DNA from: Eledone cirrhosa
Lineage: Eukaryota
DNA length: 64,000 nt
Reading direction: 5' to 3'
Assembly (NCBI GenBank): GCA_964016885.1
Contig: OZ024741.1
Coordinates: 32,178,001-32,242,000, forward strand
The translations under genes were made by a program, and so were the position numbers. Numbering within the stretch: position 1 is the stretch's first letter; every line of letters begins with the position of its first letter. Positions 26,758 through 41,610 of the stretch are shown one piece after another. The notes under the pieces are model-generated. The model did not search any database and was not told where the DNA came from. It worked only from the letters and a program-made list of their open reading frames with translations.

Positions 26758-28484
26758 CACCGTGTAACAAAAAAAAAATTTTTCTCTGTTCCTGGCTTGT
26801 AATGACTTTTTTGTGTTGCTTAGGTCCCAAATAAATAAAAAAAGTGCTATTAAACAGTTAAAAGTTTGGGTTTGTAAAAATTCTAAGCTATTCACTAGAA
26901 TTATTTATATGCTGGATTTTACGTTGTATGTAAGTTTAATTTGCTTATGTTAAATGATTTTTTTTATATATGTTTCAGGTTAAATTAAAATGATAAAATA
27001 AAGAGTAATACCTAAAGAAAATTATAAAAGTGCAATAAAGTATAAAATTGTTAAAAAGTGGATTAAAGAGATTTATTGATACTGGATTTTCGCACCCTGA
27101 ATAAAGGGTAAGTTGTGTTTTAAGCATTCGTCTCCAGGATGAAGCAGTGGAACTTGGTCAAGGAGGAAGTGCAGGTGACAAGTCAGAGAAGTCAACACGA
27201 ACCTTTCTCAGGTTGTACACTCTTAAGGATGGCCTCTGCTTCTGCCATGACCTGCCTGGACTGTTTGGCGTTATTGGGGTGACGTTTGTGCCCAAGGAGT
27301 GGCGGCTATTTATAGACAGCTTCATCAAAAGTTTGAAGGCTGTCCTCCTCCACAATGGAAACAAGTTCCCGACACTGCCCCTAGCTCATTCAGTCTGCCT
27401 GAAGGAAGATTACTACAGTGTGAAAGTCCTCTTGGAAGCTCTGCAATACAACCAGTACAATTGGGAAATCATTGGAGACTTCAAGATGGTGGCTTTCCTG
27501 CTTGGACTCCAAGGAGGCTTTATCAAATTCCAATACTTCCTCTGCCTTTGGGACAGAAGAGCCACCTCTACAAAAGAAAGAACTTGGAGCAGCGAACAGA
27601 ATTTGTAGTTGGGACCCGGAACGTCATGTGGGAGCCACTGGTTGATCCCAGGATTGTGCTCATGCCGCCACTGCACATTAATTTGGGATTGATGAAGCAG
27701 TTTGTGAAGGCTCTCAACCAAGAATCAGCCGCTTTTAAGTACCTTCTTGAGTTCCTCCCCAAGTTATCTGAGGCCAAAATGAAAGGTGGAATTTTTGTTG
27801 CACCTCAGATAAAGAAGGGGTTTGAGTCTACCGAGTTCTCCAATAAGCTCAATTGAGAGAACAGCATGGAACTGTTTCAAGGCAGTTGTTAAGGGCTTCC
27901 TGGGCAACTACAGAGCTGAAAACTACCAGCAACTGGTGCAGGATCTGATAAAGGCTTTTGGCGCCATCGGATGCAGGATGTCGCTTAAACTCCATATGCT
28001 GGACGCTCACCTGGAAGAAATTCAAGGACAATATGGGCGCCTACGCAGAAGAACAAGGCAAACGATTCCATCAAGATGTGAAAGAGATTGAGCGGAGGTA
28101 CCAGGGCCACTACAATGAATGATGGGGGACTATATCTGGGGGCTATTGCGGGAATGCGACCTGGACTCAACCGCAAATCCAGGAAATCTAGTAATTTCTG
28201 ACGTGTATAAGTTGCTTTATAAGTGTTATTTGTTTTTACTTGTTTGCTTTTGATAAGCTTGTGTAATAAAATAAATATATACTCTGTTGAACTGATAGAT
28301 TTTTTTAAAATGTGGTTTTTCTTGAAAAATATGAAATTTTGAAATATCAAACTCCTGACCACAAACGCAAACTCCTTATTAAATATTTTTTTCTTATTAA
28401 ATATTTAAAAAAATAATAATAATGGGATATAACAAACCAGGAAATGACATTTAAAACCAGGGAACAAAAATATATTACACGGTG
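26758..28484 (+). mobile_element. Chapaev3-like (CMC) DNA transposon, internally deleted
   Basis: TIRs CACCGTGTAA / TTACACGGTG with a 3-bp TSD TTA (26755-26757, 28485-28487). Confidence 0.85.
27190..28200 (+). pseudogene. Chapaev3-type transposase, frameshifted, N-terminus missing
   Basis: EWRLFIDS..SLKAVLLHNGN, GDFKMVAFLLGLQGG..FLCLWD, MPPLHINLGLMKQFVKAL, KLHMLDAHL, EEQGKRFHQD..ERRYQG..MMGDYIW spread over several frames. Confidence 0.85.
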
Positions 28485-29496
28485 TTATCGGTGGTATTCA
28501 GCACCTAGTTGTTTAAGCTGAGCCCACTCCATCAAATAGTGTTGTGGATATACTTTATCAATAAATGTTTGTACTCTTGTATTAATAAGTCCCGTATAGT
28601 GTGGAGCCGATCTGTGGGCACTGGTATAGTCATGAGATCTGTATTTATTGCCTAATCCTCATTCCTAAATATTTAACACTCGCTTTTATGTAAGGCGTCT
28701 GTATACTATATAGACAACGTGCCCCATGTCGATAGGAATGTCCTTATACTTGTCTATCTGAGGAATATGAAAGTCGTCTCCGTTTCTTTTTAACAGATAT
28801 ATGACATTTCCCACTTAAACGTTTCTTACATAAACTAGTTAGGAATGGATGCACTGTCTTTCGTGACATAGCATCTCCTCTCTTTCTCTTCCGTGGGCTG
28901 GCTAATGCAGTGTCTCTGTATTTTTGCTCTACCATGCTTGCAATGGAAGGAATGTTCTCGATACTGTTGTTCTTGCTACTCGTAACATAATAGTTTCTTC
29001 TGTTTCTTTAAATTAATGTTTCTGACAGTATTTGTTGTTGAAACTCCCAATGTACAACTACAAATGTTTCAGCTTGAAGATATGTCTGCATATTTGGTTT
29101 TATCATTGTCTTTTTTTACATTCCTTTCTTTCGTTTGGAAACAGTATTGGATCATGTTTGTTTAAATTATTGTATCTACTGCTATCACCACTTTACAAAT
29201 ATATCTTGCTATTTCTTATTTAGCCTTGTAATGTATGTAAATATGCCAGACGTCGTATATCGTATATACCAACAATATGTAAAGAGTTTAAATCTTTGAA
29301 ATCTGATGTTTTCTACTCAGGATAATGGGATATAACCTCAAACAACCCAACAGCCTCACATTAGTAGTAAACTAGTAAAACCAAAAGCTAAAACATATGC
29401 AGTTGTTGTCATGAGGTAATCCGGTTACAAGTTACTGTGCCGTGAGCTGCGGAACATACGGCCTTTCGATGGCTCAATAAATAATTATATTAATCA

Positions 29497-29895
29497 TAAT
29501 TGTTTCTACTTTAGGCACAAGGCCAGCAATTACCCAGTACATTACTGGTACTTTATTTTATCGAATTTATTTGAACTCAGAATGGCAAGGGCCGTAACTC
29601 TATGCGTCAAATGATGGTGTCCGACCCTCTACCGATACTGCCAATCCACTGCCCTCTTATTATATTAATCATAATAATGGTTTCTTATATAGGCACAAAG
29701 CCAGAATTTTTGGGGGAGGGGAAAGTAGATTAAATCGACCCCAGTGCGTCACTGGTACTTTGTTTTATCGACCCCGTAAGAATGAAAGGCAAAGTTAACT
29801 TCGGCGGGATTTGAACTCAGATCATAAATGGCCGTAACTCTATGCTGCAATGCACGGCGTCAGACCCTCTACCGATACTGCCAACCCATCGCCCT
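29497..29895 (-). mobile_element. Two tandem SINE copies
   Basis: 29497-29655 and 29675-29895; minus strand A-box tggcagtatcgg and B-box gagttcaaat. Confidence 0.85.
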
Positions 29896-30059
29896 TATTA
29901 TTAATCATAATAATGATAATAACAATAACAAGGATGATAATTCAGATGATGCTGATGATTATGTACAATGATGTAATGGGGATTCAAGGAAGTGAAACAT
30001 AATGAGCAAACATGCAAAAGAAAATATAAGGTACAATTAATTCGTTATTTAAAAGAGCG

Positions 30060-30570
30060 ACGAATACTTTTTATACTTTTACTGCAGGCTTCGGTATAAA
30101 ATGTAATGCTGTTAATGCATTATAGCAGAGCAGTTTCCTAAAAGGAGCGTCACACCCCTTGGAACATAAATCATAAGTAGTGAAAGAGCTACTCACTGGG
30201 AAGAAAAACATAACAACCTCCCATCTGTAACAACAATGGAGCTAAAGGCGAGCGAGGCACTGCCCCCTTGAGCAGATACAAACTATGCAGTGTAGAAAGG
30301 CCTCAACAGACTAAGATCTGGTATTGGACGTGCAAAAGTCAATCTGGCAAAATGGAGATATTTAAAGTATCGGGACGTTGTGTGTGACTGCGACATCGAA
30401 CCACAGACTACGCAGCACCTCTTGATATTCCCCCTGCTGGAACACCCCTGCACATCATTGGACTTGGCAGAGTTTAATGAGAACGGACAGAAATGTGTTC
30501 AGCTGTGGCGGAACCACATATAGTCAAGCTTTGTAGCTGACAATCTTGTGGTGACGATAAGAAGAAGAAA
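30060..30570 (+). mobile_element. 3' end of a LINE, Ingi/Vingi-like (clade tentative)
   Basis: GLNRLRSGIGRAKVNLAKW..CDCDIEPQTTQHLL..C..LDLA, then gacgataagaagaag tail. Confidence 0.6.
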
Positions 30571-30649
30571 CAAAGTGATAGACAGAAATAGGGGAAAGAA
30601 AAAAAAAACATCAAAAAAGTGTTTAAAAAAAGACAGCGAAATCAAGGAA

Positions 30650-32280
30650 AGAGAATTGTGTTATATGAGGAAGGTAAAACAATGGATCTTTGATTTTTCC
30701 AAGGGTTAGCTTATGACTTTATTGTTTTCTCTTGCGCTTATTTCACTATCACGAGATTTGAGAAAGATAAAAGCCGGATGTTATGTTTATGTATTTGTTC
30801 AGCAAGAATCTAGTTTTGAAATCGTGTACAGAAACTGATAGTGTTATATTTGGCGATGGTCATTTTGTCCATTGAACACACACACACACATTTTACCTTT
30901 CACTTTATGGTTATTCTTCCATCATAAAGATAATTTGAAAGTTGCGTGTGTTCAATTGGTAAAATGACAATTCCCAAATATAACTAAGCCGGATATATTT
31001 CAAGAAATGCCATATAACTTGGATTTCCTGAAGTTATATTGCAAAAATGAGACAGAAGCCATTTGTCGGCTCAGTGAGTGTATTTAGTAATGGTGACAAA
31101 AAAAAAAATGGTGTTTGCTATTTTGTGGTATCCTTGTGATGAAGAGAGACAAATATAAGTAAGATGTGGAATCTATCAAACGATGAGAAATATGGAAAGA
31201 CTGATACATAATAGATATAAATATCTGGAGTTTTATTTGGAAGTTTATGGTATGAATGTTGGACTACAAAAAATGATATCACCAAAGAATGCTTCCGAAG
31301 ATAAAAAAAAAGATATCACAAAATCTTATCACTGACATAAATACTATCAGCGCCATGAACTTAAGATCAGTATCCATCATCAGATGTAGTACGTGAACAA
31401 TAAAATTGATAAAATGATTTGAGAAATGAGATAGAAAAGAAAAGTGGTGGTAATGTAGAGTAACGTACACCCACATGTATATATAGTAACAAGACATATT
31501 TAAACAGAAAAGTGGAAGGATGAGGGTTGATCAACGTAGAAGTCTGTGAAGGGAAACAGGTAGAGAGCCCGAGGAATTATATTGTTGATAAAGGAAAGGG
31601 GCTCGTAATAGAAGTAGGAGGTAGATACTAATAAATAAATAAATGGAAATCCTCGAAACTAGAAAGCAGTGATTTAAGCTGAAAAGTTTAAACAAGTAAC
31701 TTTTTCAAAATTCTAAAGAGAATCGAGATGCAAAAATATTCTTGGAACTAAAGAAAAGAGGTTAGTAGAGGGAGACACAGGGAATAATCTTAGCCGTATA
31801 TGATCATGCAATCAGAAGAAAGAATATCAGAAAGAATACAGATAAGGAAAACATCTCTGTTGCATGTAAAGTGTGAAAGAGAAGAAATGGTGACACATGA
31901 GGTCCCTGACATCAAAATGATTGCTCCAAAATATTAGAAGAACAAGAGACAAGTCAAAGGTACCAGGATAATGTATGAAAAGTCTCAATTTGAACATCTA
32001 AAGATGTATGGTTACTATCATTAAAGATACTTTGCAAATAATCATGTAAAGAATTATGGTATGTGAAGATATAGTGCATTGCGAGATTATTGTACTGAAT
32101 ATAAAGGAAAGAGTGTGTTAACTAATCAATGTTCCTTGCTTGTTCCGTACTAGAATGATAGACAAAGAACGGGATAAGATAGAAAAGTAGCAAGACTGGA
32201 AGTTTGAAATATAAAGAATCTGAGATTGGTGCAGAGTTGTTTTTTTTTATCGTAATTAAAATAGGGGACTTGGGGACAGT
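30650..32280 (+). mobile_element. Very decayed R4/Dong-like LINE
   Basis: Remnants of FQG (30696), YKYLE (31216), ISAMN (31346), GKGL (31593) and KIEK*QDW.FEI (32176) in the expected order. Confidence 0.45.
30843..30984. mobile_element. MITE-like insertion
   Basis: ~38-bp imperfect terminal inverted repeats gttatatttgg..gtcatttt..ttgaacaca / tgtgttcaa..aaaatgac..ccaaatataac. Confidence 0.5.
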
Positions 32281-32805
32281 CTAGAAGTTTGACTGGTTGG
32301 TTCAATATATTTCATATAGACGCTATAGAAATCTGGATTGTTTGGTACTGCAGAGCTATGCGATCGAGCGATATATATATATGTATAGTAATAATAATAA
32401 ATTTGAAGACTAGAATATATATAGACACACACACGCACACACACACATACATATATATATATAAACGTATCGTTCGGGAACTGCGCTAATTATTGTTAAA
32501 GTAAGAAACATTTGGTAACATAACATTGGTGATTAAAATTTAATTGCATAGGTAATGGTTAATTTTATTTGCCATGATATTATTGCCCATTACCTCTATC
32601 AATGAAAGGAACTCACGTGATTTCAGTTTATGGATGGTGTCCCAATACGTTGGATTCCATAAATCGTTATGAAATCCTCCACTGTTATCAAATCCGAAAT
32701 GTATTTGGAAATGTTTAATTCCTGTCATTGTGTCAGGAATACAGGATTGTACTCATTACCACCAGGGACGGAGGAGAACAAGCAGTTAATATTTCTTTTA
32801 AATAA

Positions 32806-32987
32806 TAATTGTTTCTACATTTGACACAAGGCCAGCAATTATCCCAGTGCATTACTGGTACTTTATTTTATCGACCCCGTAAGGATGAAAAGCAAAGTTA
32901 ACCTCAGTGGGATTTGAACTCAGATAGTAAAGGGCAGTAATTCTGTTGCAAACTCTCTACTGTCCGACTCTCTACTGATACTGCCAA
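32806..32987 (-). mobile_element. tRNA-derived SINE copy
   Basis: Same family as 6265. Confidence 0.85.
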
Positions 32988-33727
32988 TAAATAATAATAA
33001 ATTGTTGACGACATAATGGTTAGCGCCGGATCTATGTTGGACATAACATGAAGGATAAAAGAAGGATAGATGAGTTAGTTAAGAAAAACTGAGTGGAGAT
33101 GACAAGAGACCATCCATTTCTGAGCAGCTGAAGCGGACTTAGGCGGCAATATGTTGTAGACTAGCGGCTGGATTGTATTGGAGAAACATTTTAAAACAAT
33201 AAGTCGGATAATTTTAGAGGTATATGGTCTAAGCTGCCTATATTTGTTGCGCCGGTGGCAATGTCCCAGGATTTTGAAAAGTATTCTTTTGTGATTCATT
33301 GGATTCAGTATATACAACTCAACAAAATAGAAATGATCACAGCAAGAGCCAATGTTGTTCATACGCATGCTCGAGCATAGCAGCCTCTGCTACAAAAACA
33401 AACACATCAATACCAGCAACAACGGCAGCAGCAAACTGTATTCCAACAATGAAAAATAAAATAGGAAAAAATAATGAGAAATAAATTTAAATGTAATAAG
33501 CTTTCTTCCGGTGACAAACCTTCCTGTCATTGGTGGGAGATGTATATCTCAACTGAATAAACGGCAATTTCAATCCGGAAAAGTTTTGATGGTATAATAA
33601 TTGAAATGCAAATAATGTGGATGGAAAACCATAGTGAGTCTACTTCACAAATGTCATATTTATTTGACATATTTAATATATTCTCTGCGCCTGATGATTA
33701 AATACTGTTATTAAGTAGTGGCTGGTC

Positions 33728-33790
33728 ATCCGTCCATTTAAGCACGCATACACACAAATATATACACACGCATATATATAAACAGTATGT

Positions 33791-33850
<60 letters not shown>

Positions 33851-33901
33851 ATACTGTTTATAAATATGCGTGTGTATATATTTGTGTGTATGTGTGCTTA
33901 A

Positions 33902-33911
<10 letters not shown>
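33728..33911. repeat. Palindrome with ~65-bp arms centred on (TA)n
   Basis: atccgtccatttaagcac..aacagtatgttg (TA)n caatatactgtt..gtgcttaaatggacggat. Confidence 0.85.
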
Positions 33912-33947
<36 letters not shown>

Positions 33948-34633
33948 TATATATATATATGTGTGTGTATATATATATATATATATTTATATGTATATAT
34001 ATGCACACATATATTGCCTTAGATTGTGTTAGCCATTACGGCCAAGATCATTACGGAGCATCGCTTTCAATTTTATAAATAAGAGTATATTTTTATGAGA
34101 AATCTCGTCAATGAGTAAGATGCTCTGAGAGTGTGAGAGAGAAGATGAGCGAAGAAAAGTTCGATGTTGAATAAATAGATGTATATTTACGTTTAATGAA
34201 TATAGAAATAAAACGTGCTTGTCTCTTTCGAGTTTTCTGTTTCCTACATTTTTCTATATGTAATTTTTAATGATTTTATCAGCGCAACGACACAATCCAA
34301 CGCTTAATCAAACTTGTTTACTAATGCTGTGACACAAACTCTCTCAACCCCTCTCTCTACCCCCCTCTCTCCCTCCGTATGTCTATCTATCTATATTCCT
34401 CCCTCTACATCCATCTATCTACCTTTTGTTTCCCTCGCTCCCAGTTCTTAATACTACCCTAACCACAACTCCCTTCCCCGCCCTAGTCTCTTTCTTGTGG
34501 GATTTGACCGCTGACCAGAGCAGACGATTTTTCGCCATGTCTCTTGCATGTTAATAATAGTTTTAGGGTAATTGTTTGAAAGAAATTGTATTAATTTATA
34601 TTATTCATTCCTACAGTGAGCGAGAGAAAGTAA

Positions 34634-34664
<31 letters not shown>

Positions 34665-34818
34665 TGAGTAAGGCATTTATATTCAGAGTAAGAGCGAGAG
34701 AGAGAGAAAGAGAGACACACACATATACTTAGATGAGAGAGAAGCTCTTTGTGAGAATAGCCTTGGTTGATGGTCACACCAAGACGTTGCTTCAATATAT
34801 TCTGTCCGCCGCTATACG

Positions 34819-34914
<96 letters not shown>

Positions 34915-35595
34915 CGTATATATATATATATAGAGAGAGAGAGAATCCCTAGAACATCTGACAGATAAAATGACAAGTCAGTCAATCATATTGGTGGCCT
35001 CCCCACAAAACCGGCCCACAGAATGGAGGACGGCAAGGGTGAAGCTATGTAAAAGCCATTCCAGCTAGCGAGGCTCACACCTGCGGCTGGCCAGCTCAGC
35101 GCCCATGGTGGTGTACCCACATTTGTGTTGCTTTCGATTGTAACATTTTCCTGTCCCATATCTGTATGTAGATATTTCTTCTTGCTTTGTTTTTTTGTTT
35201 TTTGTCCAAAGTCCGTTAGATTATCTTCCCCAATAATCAACTGTGGGTACCTATTGTTGCACTAGTCGTGAATAGTCCGGCCTTATAAAGCATCCGAAAT
35301 TGTAATAATTCCCAGAAAACAGCCAATGGTGGAATTTCTTTTAATGATACATTTGATGAGTGGTTTTACCTTATACAGCACATAGGTGTATATTGAGCTA
35401 CATGTGTATGTTTGATAACATGTGACACGCTTGTTTTAAAATATGATAGAATAAGTATTTACTACTCGTGATTGTCATGTGTATATATAGCTTCCATCTA
35501 TTGTTATTGTTGTAGTTAGGGCCTGGGCTCCAGGATAATCTAGATATATTTAATTATATGTTAGGGCAATCGACAGCAGCGTTAGTTTGTGGCGC

Positions 35596-35633
<38 letters not shown>

Positions 35634-35640
<7 letters not shown>

Positions 35641-35923
35641 TAAACGGAATAGAAAATGCTGACAAATTGTTCACAGTGAAAAATAGTTTTATTAGGAATT
35701 AATTAAACAGGTAGAATTCCCAAAACTAATCAGATCAGAGCAAACATCACGGACGCTCTATCTCAAAATTATTTTTGAAAAGCATTTAGAAATGCGCAAC
35801 CGGTTAAACTTAAAACCAAAACTGAATACTAACCAATACAATTACTAATTGTCATTTATTCCTAATTAAACTATTTTTCACTGTGAACAATTTGTCAGCA
35901 TTTTCTATTCCGTTTACCAATAT
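35634..35923. repeat. ~65-bp inverted repeat abutting (TA)n
   Basis: Arms 35634-35698 and 35858-35923, near-identical. Confidence 0.85.
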
Positions 35924-35955
35924 GTAATAACTTGTGTGTTACACCTCTATTCTTT

Positions 35956-36760
<805 letters not shown>

Positions 36761-37097
36761 ATTTATACACACATATATGACGTTGTAATAAATGACTGCT
36801 TAAAGAAACTCTCTTGGAATGATTGTAAGAAACCATTAGAGGATACTCCTGGCATTTCATTTAGTATTCACTTTAATCGGATATATTTATGGATATTCTC
36901 ACTTAATATATAATATATTTCATATCTTAGCTGAGTGATTCGTAAATACATAACCTTATAGTATCACATACACTTGTATATACGTAAATAGTCTCACAGA
37001 GAGACTGACGCTATCATTAATACTGGGATATGCCTGTATATTATGTTTATATAGTCCTCTCTCTCTCTATCTATCTATCTCCCTGTACCTCTCTCTC

Positions 37098-37149
<52 letters not shown>

Positions 37150-37161
37150 TATATATATATA

Positions 37162-37206
<45 letters not shown>

Positions 37207-37467
37207 ACATATATATATGTATACATGTATATATGTTTACATACATACAATACAACTCCCACCTATATATACATATATGTCTGTGCCTGTATGTAGTTAC
37301 ATATACATAAATATGCTAAAACATCTTTATAATATTTAAGGAAAGACAAATTAGTTACACACACAGACATATTGTGTGTATGTGTTGAAGAATGTGTACT
37401 TGAGCGTGTTCGCATCATAAGTAAAATATTGAGAGAGCTAGGTAGGGATTTTGAAAGGTATATAATA

Positions 37468-37650
37468 TTTGTTTCTACTTTTGGCACAAGGCCAGCAATT
37501 ACCCAGTGCATTACTGGTACTTTATTTTATCGGCCCCGTAAGGATGAAAGGCAAAGTTGACCTCGGTGGGATTTGAACTCAGAATGGCAAGGACCGTAAC
37601 TCTATGCGTCAAAGCATGGCGTCCAGCCCTCTACCGATACTGCCAATCCA
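37468..37650 (-). mobile_element. tRNA-derived SINE copy
   Basis: Same family as 6265, with A and B boxes. Confidence 0.85.
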
Positions 37651-38749
37651 TAATATTACAGCTTCCCTATATGAATTAGTACGAATATATTCCTGTGGTG
37701 ATGTATAATAAATATTATAGTTTATATACACCTAATCTACACTGAAACACAGACACACGTACCAGCATGGCCATACATATACTAATATATATATATATAT
37801 ACTTATATATATATATATATACATATATATATACATATATATGTATGTGTATATATATTTATATGTATGTGTGTGTGTGTGTATTTGTGTGTGTGCGTGT
37901 GTGTGTGGGAGAGAGAGAGCTTGTGAGTGTATCTATGTAACTTTGCATTCTAATTTTGTTATGTATGTATTTATATATATATGTATGTATACATATATAC
38001 ATACATATATCCATAAATACACACATACATACATAAGTGATCATTAAACCAACTTCCTAGAATGGTCTGCAATTCCAGTTACCATTGGACAATACATATT
38101 AACGGCCATGTCTTCTTGTGAGAATACTTAGAAGTTTCATAATTATATTAATAGATATTGTTTGTATATTTAGACATTTCCGGAAGCATTACTTAGATAC
38201 ATTTTAGCTCTGAAATATACTGAGACAATATTTTTGAATTATTTACTCATTCGATTAAATGCATATTTAGAAAATCAATTGATCTGAGACCATGTATTGT
38301 AAATCCTAGTTGTAACATTTAATCCATTTAAAGAAATACACACACACACGCACACAGACACACACACGCACACACATACACACGCACATACATACACACA
38401 CACAGCCTCTCTCTCTCCCACACACGGAGTCTCTTACACACACCGCAAACGCACGTAAACACACACACATTCACTTTTCATCTATTTCATGGTGTTAACA
38501 TTTTTTGCTAACTAATCTACACCTCGGCCACTGCGCCCGTTATAAACAATACCACTGTATCTTGTAAAAAACTTAGTTTCTGGACTGTTTCAATTGTCAT
38601 CATGTTGAAATATCAGCAAATGTCCCTCGATACCTTCCACCGCTTGAAGAAGTAACTGGATCAGCTGATGTTAATTTTTGTCAGTATTTGCAAGTTAAAT
38701 TAATCGCATGGAAATTTAAGTACCTTACATCCACTTCACTAGGTGTTTT

Positions 38750-38949
38750 NNNNNNNNNNNNNNNNNNNNNNNNNNNNNNNNNNNNNNNNNNNNNNNNNNN
38801 NNNNNNNNNNNNNNNNNNNNNNNNNNNNNNNNNNNNNNNNNNNNNNNNNNNNNNNNNNNNNNNNNNNNNNNNNNNNNNNNNNNNNNNNNNNNNNNNNNNN
38901 NNNNNNNNNNNNNNNNNNNNNNNNNNNNNNNNNNNNNNNNNNNNNNNNN
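38750..38949. other. Assembly gap (200 N)
   Basis: Run of N. Confidence 1.
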
Positions 38950-38954
38950 ACACG

Positions 38955-39033
<79 letters not shown>

Positions 39034-39063
39034 TTATATATATATTTAACGATATTTTGCGCG

Positions 39064-39094
<31 letters not shown>

Positions 39095-39819
39095 GTATAT
39101 ATATATATATTTATATATATATTTAACGATATTTTCCCTCGTCCGCCACTGCAAGCAGTCACTTTTCTCGCTCACACTGCTACAGTCAAGACGTGTCTGT
39201 TTTCTCTCGTCACACTTACCAGGATTTATGTCCGAAAAAAGTTTATCGACTTGATATTTTTCCTCTCTTCACGTTACTGCACTTTCCGTGTCTGTTTACG
39301 TATTTTTTCTCTCTCTCTCCCTTTTTATCCCAATAACTTATTTTAGTTTTGATCGCACTAGATTGAGATATTTTGTCTCTAACGCGAAGAAATATCGATG
39401 GTTCCTAGCAGACAACTGATGATGGGTAATATCCTTTTTCGCCCGTAAATTTTTATTTTCATTATATCCATGTTGATGAAATGAATCCTCTGTTCGATCA
39501 TGGAATACCACGAGCGTGCGTGTTACGTAAGTTGGATAAATGATTTCGGATTCATAGAAACACTTTAGACGTATATCGTTTAATTTGCGCAGGTGTATCT
39601 TTTTAACCTGTTAGTTCTTTCGTTACTTTGGTATTGTGTGATTGGGTTTTGCCCACCGCAATGTTCAATTTGTCAAGCTATTTAAACGTATTTTATTATT
39701 CTAAGGACCTACCCTTATTGAGTGCTTTGCTAACTCATTCCTATTGTAGGTCGACTTTGCTTGCCCACAGCCAAATCTTCGATTTTACTAAGCTTCCACT
39801 TATATATATATATACACGC

Positions 39820-39906
<87 letters not shown>

Positions 39907-40290
39907 AGAGAGAGGGAATTAGATATTAATTAATCTCTCTCGGTCTGTTGACAGCTATTTTTAGTGGTATTATAAGCCTGTCATCTAGTACTAATATTAA
40001 GAACCATTTATTTATGTAATGGTTCAATTTCACAAGGTGATTTTCTACATCATGCTGGGATGTAGAATTTCATGGTAAATATGTTGTCTTTGAATTGAAG
40101 AATTATTCCCTGATTCGTGAAATCTTCAAATATTGGTATTTTCTAATAGTTGCTTCTTCCACGATTGAAACAATGGCAGGGAGATCGATGTATAAGTGAG
40201 ATGGACTAAACATTGTTTTTGGTCTGCCTGGCTTATACTCCCATAAATAGAGTTTTTTAACGTAAATTTACTATGTATGTGTAATACCCA

Positions 40291-40335
<45 letters not shown>

Positions 40336-40580
40336 GTATAGTTGTAGAGTTACAAGGTAAATGCGTCCGTAGGTGGTATACCGGTTGAGCACTCGATGCT
40401 CGCGCAGAGCCGAGTATATTATTATAAAGAACGAAGAATCAATGTTACATCATCTCACAATTATTAACATATTACATATGTTTCTACGTCGATCGGAGGC
40501 AAGATTTGTTACAGATCGAACCTGACTCTGCAGTCGAAGGAGCTTCAGATAGGTTTTTCATATCTGATTCATCGTTCTTG

Positions 40581-40654
<74 letters not shown>

Positions 40655-40660
<6 letters not shown>

Positions 40661-41095
40661 TATGTATGTATACATACATATATGTATACAGACGTACAGT
40701 AGTATGTATATATATACATGCACACATATATATATGCACGTATCAGTTTACCGAACATTTATTATAATGTTCGGTTCGTTTGTTTGTAAACAAACAAACA
40801 GCCCGAATTACGCCGTACAGTGTTTAGGCAACCACGTCACCTTTCTGTTCAACACTGACACAGGAACGATGTACTAGTTTCAAGCTTATTAGCTATTGTC
40901 AGCATCGTATACCTTCCTGCCAGACGGTTGAACTGATACGTGCATATATATATGTGTGCATGTATGTATATATATACATACTACTGTATGTCTGTATACA
41001 TATATGTATGTACGTATACATACATACTTACATTTAAGTAAGTGCCGTACTAAGTGTGAGAAATGAAATTTCGTTTCATTCTATTCCATTTATAT
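40655..41095 (-). repeat. Dispersed copy of the 416-bp HHR repeat with inverted terminal duplication
   Basis: 40655-40934 matches the 2745 unit; 40932-41095 is the reverse complement of the unit start; HHR at 40866-40908 with core CTGACAA. Confidence 0.85.
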
Positions 41096-41274
41096 ATATA
41101 TACACACGGGATAACAAGTTATCGTTGTAGGTAATCCACTTAGAGGTAGTCCAGTTAGAGTACTCCGTGTTGTGGATGGTTTTAACGTGTGGCTAAGTTT
41201 GACTCAACAAGACGCTTCCATGGTGATGCAGCGAGTTCGCGGTGATTTTTATGTAGGTTATACTTGGAGTAATA

Positions 41275-41396
41275 ATAATTCAAGAAATAAGAGTAACATG
41301 GTTGGCTGTACAATAAGGGTTTTATTCACAGTGCTGTGAATAAAGCCCTTATCCTTATTGTACGGCCAACCATGTTACTCTTATTTCTTGAATTAT
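41275..41396. repeat. Near-perfect 120-bp hairpin
   Basis: ataattcaagaaataagagtaacatggttggctgtacaataagg pairs with ccttattgtacggccaaccatgttactcttatttcttgaattat; inner stem tttattcacag/ctgtgaataaa. Confidence 0.9.
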
Positions 41397-41610
41397 ATAT
41401 ATATATATTTATATATATACATACATATGTATATGTGTGCGCATGTGTATATAGATATAAACCCTGATACGCGTACACACACGCAAATACTCGTTAACAT
41501 ATATGTTGAATGTTAGAACAATTTCGTTCTCCTTTTCACTCTCTTCATCTCCCCATTCTGCGCTTAGATATGAATCCTTCCGTCTTTAATTTATATTCAT
41601 CTTTTTAATC

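Larger units (their letters stand above)
25800..29300 (-). mobile_element. Highly decayed non-LTR retrotransposon of uncertain clade, interrupted by a Chapaev3-like element
   Basis: Minus strand VKYLGMR near 28660-28680 and a CHFCNQ..H..NC knuckle near 25825-25885. Boundaries are approximate. Confidence 0.35.

Noticed and set aside
29780-29895. tRNA gene
   Set aside because: The A/B boxes belong to a SINE head; there is no cloverleaf.
33010-33380. Vingi-like RT fragment on the minus strand
   Set aside because: Only a faint resemblance (RQLRPYTSK); no diagnostic motif could be confirmed.
38681-39254. ORFs spanning X runs
   Set aside because: Artefacts of the 200-N gap.
39411-39455. CTGATGA-tggg..ccc-gtaaa hammerhead-like string
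   Set aside because: No GAAA box and no convincing stem I.
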